64,000 bases of DNA from Dimorphilus gyrociliatus (taxonomy: Eukaryota; Animalia; Annelida): the NCBI GenBank assembly GCA_904063045.1, contig CAJFCJ010000015.1, positions 496,001-560,000 on the forward strand. The letters run 5' to 3'. The notes beneath the pieces are model-generated. The model saw only the letters and a program-made list of their open reading frames with translations, did no database searches and had not been told where the DNA came from. This document shows positions 40,218 through 53,289 of this stretch, piece after piece; the stretch's first letter is position 1, and the number at the start of each line of letters is the position of its first letter. A program made the translations under genes and the position numbers.

Positions 40218-43200
40218 CTAGTACAATTGCTTAACTTTGTCGACATTTGTCAACCAGTTATTAGTCCATCTCTCTTCTAATAGTTCATTTTTCTTTCTGT
40301 CGTCTTCGATGTTCTTCAGCGTTTCGGTAAAGTACTTTTTATAAGTTTCAAAGGAGTCGTCTCTAGCCTGAATGGTTGATGTATGAGGAAGTGTTGTCTT
40401 TTGGGTAGTTATACTGGTTGTTGTTTCCGACGGCGCCCTCTCTGTTTTTGAAAGGCGCTTGACCTTGGAATCGGACGACGGCAATGTCAGCTCAGTTTTA
40501 GATATTCCTGGCCAAGTTCTTTTACCCCTAGGTAACGCGTTCTTATCTTCAACATCCTCTAGTGGTTCGCCGCTCGCTTTCCTTCTTAATAATTCGCTAG
40601 TAGGATAACAAGTAGCTGCAACGCGTCCCCTTTCTAGGTCGTCCACACAGAGCATCGTATCGAAAAGCAGTAGCAACTTTTCGCTCTTATCCGCTAGATC
40701 TTGTAGAAATTTTGTCGCCATTTTTGCTGCATCCAATTGAAGTGCTGAAGAATGGCTACTTAAATTCTTCAAGTACTCTTTTCTTCTTTCCTCTTCTTTT
40801 CTCCTAAGTTCTACCAGCCTTTCCTCTGCTTGTGGATGTCCCAAAGTGGGCCTTAGTTCGATATCATGCTGTTTCTAAAATGTTATAACAACTCTTTACT
40901 ACTAGAAATCTCTTGTTTTTACTTATTTTAAATCATCTAACCCTTAACTGTTCGCTTAAACGATGCTGTTTCGTAAACTCGTTACTAACAGTCATCTGAG
41001 CGCTTCTCGCCTCATTTATCGACTGCCTAACGACTTCTCGGATAACGCAAGCCGGAACTTTTTCCACTAATTTCTCAAGGCGTTCCAATTGACGCCGAAC
41101 TTCTTGTACACAATGATTATGATATTCGTCGGCTTGTTTAAAGTAAGACACCAGTTTCTCACACACAACATCAGCGCATTGCTCGAATGTATCTTGAAGG
41201 GCACGGGGACGGGTCACGGCCCTATTACCCTTTTGACGGTAGTAGATATCAGCAGCAGTTAAGAGGCCGTCCGTTGAATCTCGTAATATTTTCCTTACTT
41301 TACCCAGAAAATGTTTTTCTTCGCTAGGTTCATCGCATTCTCCAAAATGAAGATATTTCTTATCCCATTTTACGCCACCGTCCTTCCGGCTATACAAAAA
41401 TACATAGAATTTTCTAAACTAAATAAGTCTCTTTATTTCGTTAAAAAAGGGGGAAGGGGGAAATAATACAAATAGCTTAATGCATAAGCCTACTTTCACT
41501 ACAGGCGTAATAATGTAGTTATGGCAAAAAAAAGCGGAATATATCAAAAGCGAGAAAATCGCACACAAAAAAAATACGTGCGTATTACATAGAATATAGC
41601 TTGTGCTAATTAACCTCACCTAGAAGAGATAGTCGACGAGCTTTTGCTATAAGAATAAAAACACACGCAACAATGTTATGTAGAGCGATTATAACAAGCA
41701 AACAAAACACATGTACGACTTCAAAGACCTCCAACGCCTATAATATAGGCGTCTCTTCGATCCTCGAAAACAGTAATCGTAATAAAAAGAATATAAGTGA
41801 TCGTTATATCGTTTCCTATACTATAAAAAAAGCGAAATCACGCCGTGCAAAAAATCTACTTTCACCCCAGTCGCGACTCTGTTATATATAATAAAACGCT
41901 TAGTGGAGTGCTAGTACCGTGGGCGTCTAGAATGGACAACACCGGCTGTTTGAGTAGAAATCAGCGTCTCTTGACTGCCAGTTGTTTGACCAGCGCTGTA
42001 AAAGTTATTAAAGTTTCGAAGTAGTTTGTTTTTTTTGTTGTTGAAGAAAAGAATTATTATAATAATAAAAAAAAACGTTCAAAAACAAAAAAGGAAAGTT
42101 TACCTTTAATATAAAAACTATTTAAAAAGTACCTTCTTCCGTCGTATAATATTATTGTTATACCTTATACTATATATTTAAAGTTTATATCTTTTAAATT
42201 AAGATACTTACGCTGACGCAGCCCGTTTTTCAGATCGATTGCTTTTAGCTGATTTTTCTCTTGCTGTCTGTTCTCTACTTGCCGCTTGAGGCGCTCCAGA
42301 TGCCGAAGCCCATTCTCCGTCCAATTCGGCTGAACTACCGAATCTCTTCTTTTGGGAATTGAGTATATTTTTAATAGTTACAACTGTAGGATCTTCGGGT
42401 GCCTGCTTCGCTCGAACCGGTGCCGATACACTAATCGTAACCGACGCTTCAGAAGGCGCCTTCTTCATTTTAGAAACGGCTACAGCCGCGGGCAAACTAA
42501 TTAGTACTACCGGCTCAATCTTCATGCAATTCAAATAGACTGTTCGAAGTTTGAAAGCGTCAAATATCGGTATCAAACTCTCTTGTAAATCGGTTGGTGT
42601 TACGTCTTCTTTATCTAAATTTGGTCTTTCGCAAGCATCGATTCTCCTCTCGAGGGTATCCAAATAATCTGTTAATTTTCCCGCTTCTGTATTCGATAAT
42701 GCTACTTCGGATTTAATCTTAACTTGGCTATTTGTTAACCATCTGGAAATTTTTTCAATAAACAATAAATCGATCATGTGATGCTTAAAACGATCTTCAA
42801 ATTCTATTGATATTCTCTGTAGTTGTTCTAATCTTTTCGCTTCGATACCTTCTAAATCGGACATTACGAATCCTTCAGTACTATCGATTTTATGAGAGAG
42901 TTTCTCTAACTGTTTCCTATAATCTTCCACCTCGTCCACGCAAAAATTACCACCGTCAGAGAATAATTGGAAGGATTTTATGAAATTCGCATTACTCTCC
43001 CGTACAACTTGCAGCGTATCGTCCAATTGTTGACGAAATTTGCGTAAGGATTTACGAATAATCTCCATGAACCGCTCCTGTTCCTCCTGCAATTTCGACG
43101 ATAAAGCTAGCAATTTCGAGCTTTTCGTAGCCTTTACGAAAATATCTTCTAACGATTCAATAGTTCGCCTAAAGTCGTTGACTAGGTCGTTATGCTCGCT

Positions 43201-46200
43201 GTTTAGATTTTTATACATTCCTCGTGCATCGGACAGCGTTTGAATAACACCTCGGACATGTCTGTCTATTCTTTCGGAATGCATAATAAGTTCTGCCGCA
43301 CGAACATTATGTACGTCCAATTCCGCCCTCAGGGGTCTTGGTTCGTGAAGATGCATTCTAAGATCTAATTCTGCCTTTAATTCTTCCATTTTAGCTGCCA
43401 CAACACTGTTTGACCTTTCAACCGCCTCCGACGCCCAGCCGCCAACGTGCGATAGGAAATTCAGACGAATTGCTTTCTTAACACTCTGTATTAGCTCGTC
43501 AGATATCTCAAATTCCCTTAACTGACTCTCTTCTTCTTTCACCATGTCTTCTTTTTTTATCCCCTTTATTCTTTTCTCCTTTTTAGCCTTATGAGCATAA
43601 AATCTTCGGCCGTCATCCAGTTCAATGACCTCACAATCTGCTTCCGGTTCGTTCGTACTTACTCCAAAATATTTACATAAAGCTTCTTCATAGTTTTCCA
43701 ACTCAGATTTAATCATTTTCGGGTAGACATTTACAACGTTTAACTGTTCGTTATGAAATTTTTCATAACTATCTTTGATCTTGGCCAAGCTATCTAAAGC
43801 AATTTTCAAATGGGATTTCAGGTTAACCTCATTCGGAGCTTGTCTCATTTTATCCATGACAATATCTAAATTAGCTTCTGCATCTTGATTCGTCGTATCG
43901 TGAGATTTTCTAGATTCTTCTAATTTCTCCTGCAAACGCCTTTCCTGTTTTGTTAAAGCAACATCATGAACGTCCCAGACGTGCGATGCTCCTTGGGTAA
44001 ATTTAAACAGCGACTTTATAGCCGTTAAGGCGCTTTTATGTTCGGCTTCTGACTTTTTATCGAGCACTTCCAACTCGTTCTCTAAAGCTCGTTGCCTAGA
44101 ATTTAATAAGGGTAAACAACGTTCTTCAATTATCAATTTGGCCGCATGCTCCGTGCAAATACCTCGTTCGAAGAGGTCGCCCTAAAAAAGAAAGAGAAAC
44201 AAAACATCAGAAAATTCTTAATGTAAGCAGACTGACTTAAATATCATAAAAGGTGTTTTATCCTATGAAAATATTACCTGAATTCCTTCCATAGCTGACA
44301 AACAATTTCGACAAATTTTTTCATATTCTCCATGCAATTTTCTGTAGAATTCCTGATTCTTTTCATCTAGGGGGTTTTTTTTATTATTATTACAAAATGA
44401 AAAAAGATGAGAGAGAAAAAGAGAGTGAGTGAGTGAGTTAGTGAATGACTGAATGAAAAGAGAAAGATAGAGAGAGAGAGAGAGAAAGTAGAAAAGGGGA
44501 AAGAAAAGGTCTTAAAAAAATATTCTATATATGTTTATTTTTTATATTTTGAATGTTACCTTACCAATTTTTTTGGACACATTTGTTAAATCCTTATTCC
44601 AGCCGTAAACAATTGCTTTAGTTGATTTTGGCGGCTTCAAATTTCTAATAATAAATTAAATGAATAATTTCATTAGCGTTTTTGGCATTTTTTGTTTATA
44701 TAATCTATTTACTTTATTGATTGAATCAGGCCGTGTCTATACCCTAATAACTCTCCCAGGCATTGCGACAATTCCGATTTTACATTGGCCACACATATAG
44801 AATTTACTACTTGGTCGCTGTTGACGAATTCTTCGAAGCGCTTCACTTCCGCTTCGATCTGTAGATGGCGCCAAGCATGTAATCTCTTTTTCCAAAAAGA
44901 GTAAGCCTCTTTATCCCGTTCTATATTTGCGATGAGTAGACGACAATGTAAACTTGTATTAGAACGTCGATTAGCTAATAGAGTTTGGTTGATTTGCTGT
45001 TATTAAAAAGAAAGGTTTCAGACCTACGATCCTTTTACAATTGACGCGTGCGATAGCGAGAGCAAAACAGAATCTCTATACGGAAAATACGGAGAGGGAG
45101 AGAAAGGAGAAAAACTGATTATTAAGCTTTTTGAACTATGAGGGTATTGTAAGGTATGAGGCCAAAATTTTCTGCTTCAGTAACCGTGCGTGACTACAAT
45201 CCCGACAGTCGAAAAGGAAATATGAACGGTCGACTTGTTCTAATGATTTTACATTTAACAACGTCATTAAGAGTAACAATTGCCCATAAGAATAAACGAT
45301 ATAACTTTTGAAAACTGTAGGAAACCTCTTTAAATGTAAGAGAGATTGCAAGAAAGGTAATATAAATAGGGGTCAAAGAGGTTTGAGGAGATGTAATAAA
45401 TATAAAAGAAAAAGTTGGTTAAGCACATACGTACAACTTAAAATAGAAACACGAAGTAGCTATTAGTGGCTACCATATTCCATATTTCATTTAAGACCCT
45501 AATTTTAGCTGTTCGTTATTGATTTTCTATACTAATGAAACATAATACGAATGATATGACATAATCGATGCCCGAAGTTGTAATAACAAATATAATCCTC
45601 AAATAACGCACACTTAATATAATCAATGAAAATTTTTTGTGAAGACTTTAGCCAGTAGGTAATTCAAGGGTCAACATCAAAGTTTACAACCTCTCTATCT
45701 CAATCACTTTACTTCTGTGTTTGTATAGTAAGGAAATTAAAGCGTTAGCTTTAGCTGAACATTTTAGATTTTCATTTTCCAATATAGAATTAATGCTTTT
45801 CCCTCATAAAAACTCAAATAGACAATTATATATATATACTTTATATTTTACATAGATTTTTTATTACTATTTATTAAATTAATAAAGAAGAAATTGTATT
45901 GAAATGTTTATTGATGTTACTTCTGAATTTTTTATGCCTTTCTCAAGATTCACATAAGCAAGTAGATGCTATTTCAGAAGAGAAACTGTACCCTTCTTAA
46001 AGCATAACTCAGAATCGATAGACCATCATTAAAATAAGACTTTTCTCCCTCTTCTTCTTCTCCTTCTTCCTCTTCTCTCTCTCTCTCTCTCTTTCTGTCT
46101 ATCTGTCTATCTGTCTATCCTCCCACATTCATATACCAATCTATACCTCTATCTATCTATATATCTATCTTGCTATTAATACTTAATAGCTATAGAAAAT

Positions 46201-49005
46201 TTCCCTCATTTGAATACTTATTAGCATAAATAAACTTGATTAAAACGTCTTAAAGGCAATTTGAGCCCTCTCAGAAAATTTAAACGGCTAAAGTCATGTA
46301 AATTTTTAGATATTGTAAATCTGGGATGTTACTAACAGCAATATTGCCCTAGAGAACATTTAAAGCGATAGAGAATCTTTTCCTTAAATAGAAAAGACCT
46401 TGGGCTAGTCCAATTGGACAAAGTTAATTCTATAACGAAACATTTTGGAATCTTTTAAAAAACCACTTTAAATTGACATTAAATACTAATATGGTATTCT
46501 AAGTTAAAGACCATTCTCAAGAGACGTTGGTAAAAGAGGAAAAAAACGAATTCTATCCTACCGCAGAAGGGAACCTACAAAACTATAAGCATTTTGATGC
46601 ATCGATCTTCGCAACAAAGGATACTTTCATGGCTTAAATGATTAGCACAATGGATAGATTTATACAGGATTTTCTAAACTACAATGTCAAGGTTAACATT
46701 TTGGTTAACAATCTAAAATGATAGAGTTTCTGAATAGGCAATGCTGTAAATAAATAATGCGGAGAACCAAGAAAAGGAAATTTTAATAAGATCCTTTCCA
46801 TGTGAAATTGAAAGAAAAACGAATCATTAGCTAAGAAAAAAAGGAACGGAATTGCTTTAATGATTTTTTCACGTTCCATAGGTTTTACTTTAAAAAAATA
46901 GAGAAAAAAAACCTGTAGGGAAGGTCATTGACACCTATTTTGTTACTTTCCTACAGACGCAGACAAATAGAAAGATGCTGATACAGATGAGGATCTGTAC
47001 TCTTCTTAAAATACCGCTCATAATTCGATAGGCCTCTGTAGAACTAATACTTTTTTTTCATCATTAGTATTTTCTTTAGAGATAGAGAAAAATTTCATCC
47101 CATTAAGATAATGATTGCCATATTTAACTTTGCTTTTAATCAAATTTTTACCCTATTTTTATCGAGAAAAACAAGTCACATTAAATCATTTTTAGTAATA
47201 ATCGATACCAAAAAAAAGCCCTGAAGATTAGATTACAAAGTCATATCAATATCATTCTGCCAGTACCAAAAGTCATTGACGTTGATTGTTATTCTATCCG
47301 ATAGTTCCATTTAATTATGTCATAAAAAGCCAATGATCGAAACAGAAGAATAAATATTATCTTTTACTTTTTCACATGGGAATTTCATTTCTTTTTTTTT
47401 TTGAAGAGGGGGAGGAGTGGGAGGAAAACAAGGGAGCGAAGATAAATCATATAGTGCACATTCCTAAGTAAACATTATGGAAATTTAATAGACATTTTCT
47501 CAATATTAAAGGAACTTCTGAAAGGGACGATGTAAAATATTGCCAGTCTGATCAGTCTGATCTACAGATGATAGTCTATACGATATGACATCTTAATCCA
47601 TACAAAACAAGTAGAAACGCAAAAATGATCTGTTAATTTCGATCTCTTTATCAACGATGTGGAATAGTTTCTTCTGACGTAATGAGACTAATACACGAAG
47701 TCTTGGAAATAGGTAATGTCACGGTCAGTTAGAAGGTTGGTAATTATAACAAAAAAAAAATAGAGAGAAATCTAAGGAGACTCGTGAAAAAGCTAATGAA
47801 TAGTTGATAATTATCAATAGTTCTAAATATCAATTTAGAACTCATTAATATAATGGAATTTATCTTGGTTAAGAAGTTTACAAAGTGTAGAAAGTACCCG
47901 TAGAGATTATTGTATACGTAAATATAGTATATGTGGTATGCTATGTACAATTTATTATTTTGATATATGGTACTTACTTGGGAATCTGCATCCAGATATT
48001 TTTCCAGATCTGCGGCCAATAGGTAAGATATCTTATATAGTTTATCAGCATGGTGTGATAGAATTTTTTGAGCCTTAAATGTAAAGATAATTTATAGATA
48101 AATAAAAAATTTCCCGTATAAATTTAAATTACCTCGATAGTCCTTTTATCTTCTATTTCGTGAAGTTCCGCCTCAAGAGCACAAATCCATTTCTTTCGCT
48201 CCTCACTCTGATCGTGAACAGTCCTCCATATTAACTTCAACTCTTCTAACGTGCAAGTGAATAAGCTCTCGTCATCTTCAATCTTCTTAAAAACTTGTGA
48301 TATATATTCATCATTTTCAGTCAACTTTTTTATAAGGTCTTCGCTAACGGAAGTTATCTCCGGTTCGAACCTATTTCCTACTATAGCTAATTGTTGACGC
48401 ATGTCCTCCAAGATAGATTCATGCCGCCTTCGGCGACTCTTACTAATTTTGTCTATAATTGACAAATCATTTGTTTTTGTTGGGGCAATTACATCAGGTA
48501 GTCCTTCAACGACTTTTACGTCTTCTTCACCCTCGCTTACAGGTTCTTTTGCATTGGATTCGATAAATTTAAAAAAAATTGGATTCTCTATTCTGTCATC
48601 ATTTGATTGAGTTGTGGCCCAAGTCAGTTGCCTCTTATCTAACATACCCTCTTTATTATTTGAACTTGCTACTGGTATTCGTTTATCTTTCCTTCTAGTA
48701 GCTGTTCCTACATTAGACATGAAAGTTGGCTCTCTATCATCAAGTTTAACACTCGGAGCGGATTGTAATCTTATTTCGCTTTTTTGCTTTTCTAATGATC
48801 GAACCAGTTGAACCTATTAATAATTTTGTAAAATAAATAACAATTTCACGAAAGCCTCTGGCTATTTATATACTTCAGCATCAAATTTTTGCCTATAAAT
48901 TTTTCCACTTGGAATCACCCGAGTTTGAATTGGGGTAGTTTCTTCTAGTTTTTCTGATCTTGCCTGATTGGTAGAATTAATACGTTCCGTTGCTGATGAT
49001 GCCAT
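40218..49005 (-). CDS. CCDC180: Coiled-coil domain-containing protein 180 (motile-cilium central-apparatus associated)
   Basis: Start MASSATER...VIPSGKIYRQKFDAEVQLVRSL (49005); INQTLLANRR; LKPPKSTKAIVYGW; VHNVRAAELIMHSERIDRH; FSDGGNFCVDEV; C-terminal LGHPQ...KRTWPG...TTQKTTLPHTSTIQARD. Long coiled-coil; includes a ~3-kb intron at ~44997-47977. Confidence 0.85.
46037..46170. repeat. Compound (CTT)/(CT)/(CTAT/CTGT) microsatellite
   Basis: Adjacent tri-, di- and tetranucleotide runs inside the large CCDC180 intron. A GA/GAGT run lies at ~44408-44483. Confidence 0.8.
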
Positions 49006-49180
49006 TTTATTTTTACCAAATTAAATGATCTGTACGAAATTCCAATCATTCTTTAAAAATTATCAACTTATTAGTAAAATAACTATTTACTACCTATTAA
49101 TGCTTTCTTAAGTTTTTAATTCAATATATTTACACTAAAAAATATATGAAAATCTTCCTTTTATAAAATTTCATGTAAAA

Positions 49181-49218
49181 GTTTACTTGGTAACGTTATT
49201 CGACGTAACTATAACAAC
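49181..49218. promoter_or_regulatory. Pair of RFX X-box motifs upstream of CCDC180
   Basis: GTTTACTTGGTAAC (49181-49194, one mismatch) and GTAACTATAACAAC (49205-49218, full match to RTHNYYWTRRNRAC), ~175-215 bp upstream of the ATG of a ciliary gene. Confidence 0.65.
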
Positions 49219-49492
49219 ATTAGTACTACGGCGCGATTTGTAATACCGGCTGAACAATAGGTGAATAAAAATGATAGTTTACGATGAATAACAAAATTTC
49301 CAACTTGTATTTTGGTCAAAAACTAAAACGTCATGATGTAAATTAATAATAAAGTAGGTTATATATTTATGAATTCCAGAACGAAAAAATATATAGCACG
49401 AGGATGTATGATTCTGTATTCTATACAATATTTACAACGTTATTTTTAAGGACAAAAATAATCTCTATACACCCCTCAGGAAGAAAATAACG

Positions 49493-50698
49493 TTATACTT
49501 TCAAATTATGAAAATTTTCTTCAACATTCTGAAAATAAAAATTTAGATTATTTTTACTTCTCTTTCTATATTTAATCTCCTTTACCTCAAATCCTTCATC
49601 TCTATATTCTTCCAATATCTTTACAGCTTCTGTATTGTTAAGACCAGACGCAATATCTATAGGTGAATAACCAGAAAATGTGATAGCGTCTAAGTCAACA
49701 CTATTTCCTCGAGATAAGATATATGTTAAAATATGTTTGTTAAATGTTTTCGAAGAGGATTCGACAGCAAAATGAAGGATTGTTCTTCCTGATTTGCAAT
49801 CGGGATTATTTATTATACTTTGAAATTCATCGTATTCCAATAAAGTCTTTATGATCTCAAAATTTCCTTCTAAAACAGCCTCGTGAAGACAAGTTAATCC
49901 TAAAGGATTATCAAAAAGATATGATTTCAATTATTTTAAATGAGTGTATTTCAACAATTTACCATTAAAATTTCTTATTCCCGCAATTTTGCATAAGTTT
50001 ACTCGATTCTGATCTAATAAACCTCCTTTTCTATTCCAACTACTTAGGGGCTGTAGTGAAATTTTAGAAAAGAAATAATATGGGAATAGTTCAATGCAAC
50101 TGGAAATATTTAGTTACCTTGATTAACTCTGTAACGCATTCCGCACTACCTTTTTTACAGCAAATGTGTAAGGGTGTATTTCCATTATGGTCTGTTATTG
50201 ACTGGTCTGCTCCCCTAATAATAAGCTTTCTAATGACTTTGGGAAAATTTTGATAAACTGCCAGGTGAAGTGCCGTTATACCTTCATTATTTCGGTGATT
50301 CAATACCAAGTCTGACTTAGCATATTCGATGATGTCTAAGCACAGACTTGGATATCCATGAATCAGAGCCAAATGCAACTTACTGCAGGTGATGATTAAT
50401 AAATATAGGTATAAACATTAACTATATTTTTATTTATTTTTGAAATAAGGTATTCAACTTACGTATCACCATCTGTATTAGGTCTGAAGAGAAAGGAGGT
50501 CTTTTCCTCTGCTGTTCGAAATGGCATAAGGTGTCTTAGCATTTCAGCTTTCATTTCTTGGTCCTTTCCTTCCTCTTCTGTCAAGCAGACGCTACCACTT
50601 ATACTAGAGGTATCTTTCGAAAAAAATACCCCAGATTCGGATAAGGAGTGAATACCAGAATCTAAATTTCTGGATTCACTAAACATATTCTTCGTCAT
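49493..50698 (-). CDS. NF-kappaB inhibitor IkappaB/cactus-like
   Basis: N-terminal DSGIHS phosphodegron (DSGxxS). Ankyrin repeats NTDGDTKLHLALIHG, NNEGITALHLAV, HNGNTPLHIC, FNGLTCLHEA, KSGRTILHFAV and FSGYSPIDIA across four to five exons. Confidence 0.88.
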
Positions 50699-50789
50699 GT
50701 TATCTTTCTTGTAAACAGTAATTCCTCGATCGAAGACTCCAAAAACGATGTGATAAATAATAGTATACCTTACTAAATTGGAAAATACA

Positions 50790-50860
50790 GAAAATTTTCA
50801 CAAGATAATTAGTTTCAAAAAATCCAACTCCTATTAGATTTTTTACCAAAAGGAAAACCC
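50790..50860. promoter_or_regulatory. Rel/kappaB-like sites in the shared IkappaB-PSMD5 promoter
   Basis: GGAAAACCC (50852-50860; reverse complement GGGTTTTCC, Dorsal/Rel-type GGG-W4-CC) and palindromic GAAAATTTTC (50790-50799), within the 202 bp between the two ATGs. Confidence 0.5.
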
Positions 50861-50900
50861 AGACCCCCAGCAGTGTAGAAACGGGTATGCGAAATATAAA

Positions 50901-52722
50901 ATGGCGGATATAGAGGCAGTTTCAACGATTCTTCAACAACTCTCTTTATCTGATGATAAGAAAGACAAATTATTAGAAATTGAAACTATTCTATTAAATC
51001 ATAGAGGACAAAATTTAAATAATATTGCCCAAAACCAATCGATAGGTGTTCTGATTGAATGTTTAAGTAATAAAAACAGGTTTGCTCAGTCACTTTACAT
51101 GGGCGATAATAAGTGGTAAACTCTGTTTTTTTTTCAGAGATATCGTTGAACTTGGATTTAACATTTTAAATACAATATTCTCATCACTAGATTTATCTTT
51201 ATTACTGCCTCTCTTCAGTCACCAATTTAATGAATTCCAATCATTTTCAAACCACCCACTAAAACGTCTATATTTAAATCAGGTATTAAAGAGTATTATC
51301 TTATTAAAAAAAGTTTTTAAATCATTTCTCAAACACAAAAAAGTTACATAGAATCAACAACGTAGAATTATGGATGAACCATTCAATATTTTTAGACCAA
51401 TTACTTCGTTTGCTAACCGACGAAGAAACGGATATCGCTGTGTTAGCAATGGAAAATGTAAAGAGAATTGGTAATTATAGTTTACATTATGGTTCAAAAT
51501 TAGTTATACCGCTGCTGTTGTTATAATTCAGCAACTTTGGAAAATGGACTGAATTTATTATTTGAAGGACAAAACGCAGAAAAGCTTAAACAAGTTATGG
51601 GAAAAAATGAAACAGTAGCTTTCCGAGTTTATGAAGTACAGAAACTAATTAAAAGTAAACACTTTACAAATTTTATTTACTAATCAGACAGCAGTAGATG
51701 TAAGTCTTCTCTCTCCATTCGCATTGGATAAGGTTAAATATTTCCTTGATCAGCTGTTTATCGTTCTCAATAGTGTAAATATTTTAAATAGTTTTCAGCT
51801 GAAAGGTATTTTTAATCAATTTTTGTTGTCTTATTAATTATTTAGGGAGATATACTATTGATCATGAATTCATTTGAACTCATTCAAAAGTTATCATCTA
51901 CTTCTCATGGCATTTCATATTTAGAAGGAAATAAGATATTTGATCTATTGTGCAGTACGGTATATATGAGCCATCTTTTACTACCAGGAAAACTCAAAAC
52001 TTATGGGGCTATACTCTTCCATAAACCGGAACTAATTTCTAATAATATACTGCAATTTTTTGATGAAGCTTTTCATACAGATGAATTAACAATGTTAATA
52101 ACAATCGAGATAATTTGTCATATTTTATCTACCCCCAATGGTAAAACTGCGTTGTTCACTTTTGGTAATTATCATCTATAATAGGAAACGAAATCGTAAA
52201 AAATTGTGTCTTTTTTCAGATAATTTTATACAAAAAATTGCTAAAACTTTGTCTAGCCTGATTAAAACGGGTCCTAGTGATGTTCGAATTCGTGGTATGG
52301 ACTGCGTTTGTGAAATGTTTGAGTACAAGCAAGATTGGAGTCCTAAGTACCTGTCATATCACGAACGTTGGTTTGAAATGCTTGGAGATAGACAGTTCAT
52401 TGATGCAGTTTTTGGAATTGTTCGACAGCCCTTCGATGACTTGCATGTAGCTGCTTTACGTGTCATTAGATCGGTGGCTACTCAAGAATGGGGTCAGAAG
52501 ATATTAGCAAATTTTCCCGGCTTTGAAGAATGGCTTTTTGACAGACGTACAGAAACATGTAAAGACGGAAAGGAAACAAAATTCGATATTGCTCATGTCC
52601 TGTTGACTTCGAATACTCTTGGTCAAACCTTTGAGAGCCCTTTTATCATTAAATTAAAAGTTTTTTACAAAGAAGGTCCTTTCCATGTCCAATCCCAGTC
52701 AGAAGTTGCATTAGGCGATTAG
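50901..52722 (+). CDS. PSMD5: 26S proteasome non-ATPase regulatory subunit 5 (S5b/Hsm3 assembly chaperone)
   Basis: Multi-exon ARM/HEAT-like protein with VAFRVYE, MNSFELIQKLSSTSHGISYLEG, RQPFDDLHVAALRVIRSVATQEWGQ, FPGFEEWLFDRRTETCKDGKETKF and EGPFHVQSQSEVALGD*. Confidence 0.88.
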
Positions 52723-53289
52723 CAAAATGCTTAGAGAACTTGTCTGCATGTCCTCAAATTGTCCTAAATAATACACTTAAGAAATAAAGCTATTTTTTTA
52801 AAGTAATTAATGAAAACAATTAGTGTATGAGTTCGACATAGGAGAAACATTCAATCGATTTTTTTCTATTTGTCGACATACTATTGGTTCATCTACCCAT
52901 CTCACTTCGTTTTAGCTGTTTAGTTTACTCAAGTCTATCTAACAAATAGTGAAGCAGTCACGCTATGTGAAACTTTTAGAAATAAGCTTCAAAGGAATTA
53001 TCAACTCAAGTTATATAATTCCCGTATAATTTAGTACCTATTTGTGGGGAAAATATAGTAAATAGGCAGATTTGAAATCTCGTACTCTTCGGCCGTAATT
53101 TCATGCGCTATTTGAGTTTTCTTCAATTGGAAAATTCCGATCTTTAGTACGGCGTTTGATAGTAAATACACTAATATAGGCAGCCAAGGTCAGTTTACAT
53201 AAAAAATACTTGTATTCAAAAATATTTTTACAGTATACATGAAAGATAACTACTATTCACAAGTTATGAATGTATGAAAAACTTTATGC

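Noticed and set aside
45970-46000. Selenoprotein reading of TGA codons aligned to Cys in the duplicated block
   Set aside because: The same copy also carries a frameshift, and I saw no SECIS-like element; pseudogenisation is simpler.
46616-46624. Perfect U12-type donor GTATCCTTT on the minus strand
   Set aside because: No open upstream exon and no TCCTTAAC branch point found downstream; likely chance.
46913-46956. Hairpin CTGTAGGGAAG...CTTTCCTACAG as a pre-miRNA
   Set aside because: Only ~11 bp of stem in 44 nt, too short for a Drosha/Dicer precursor.
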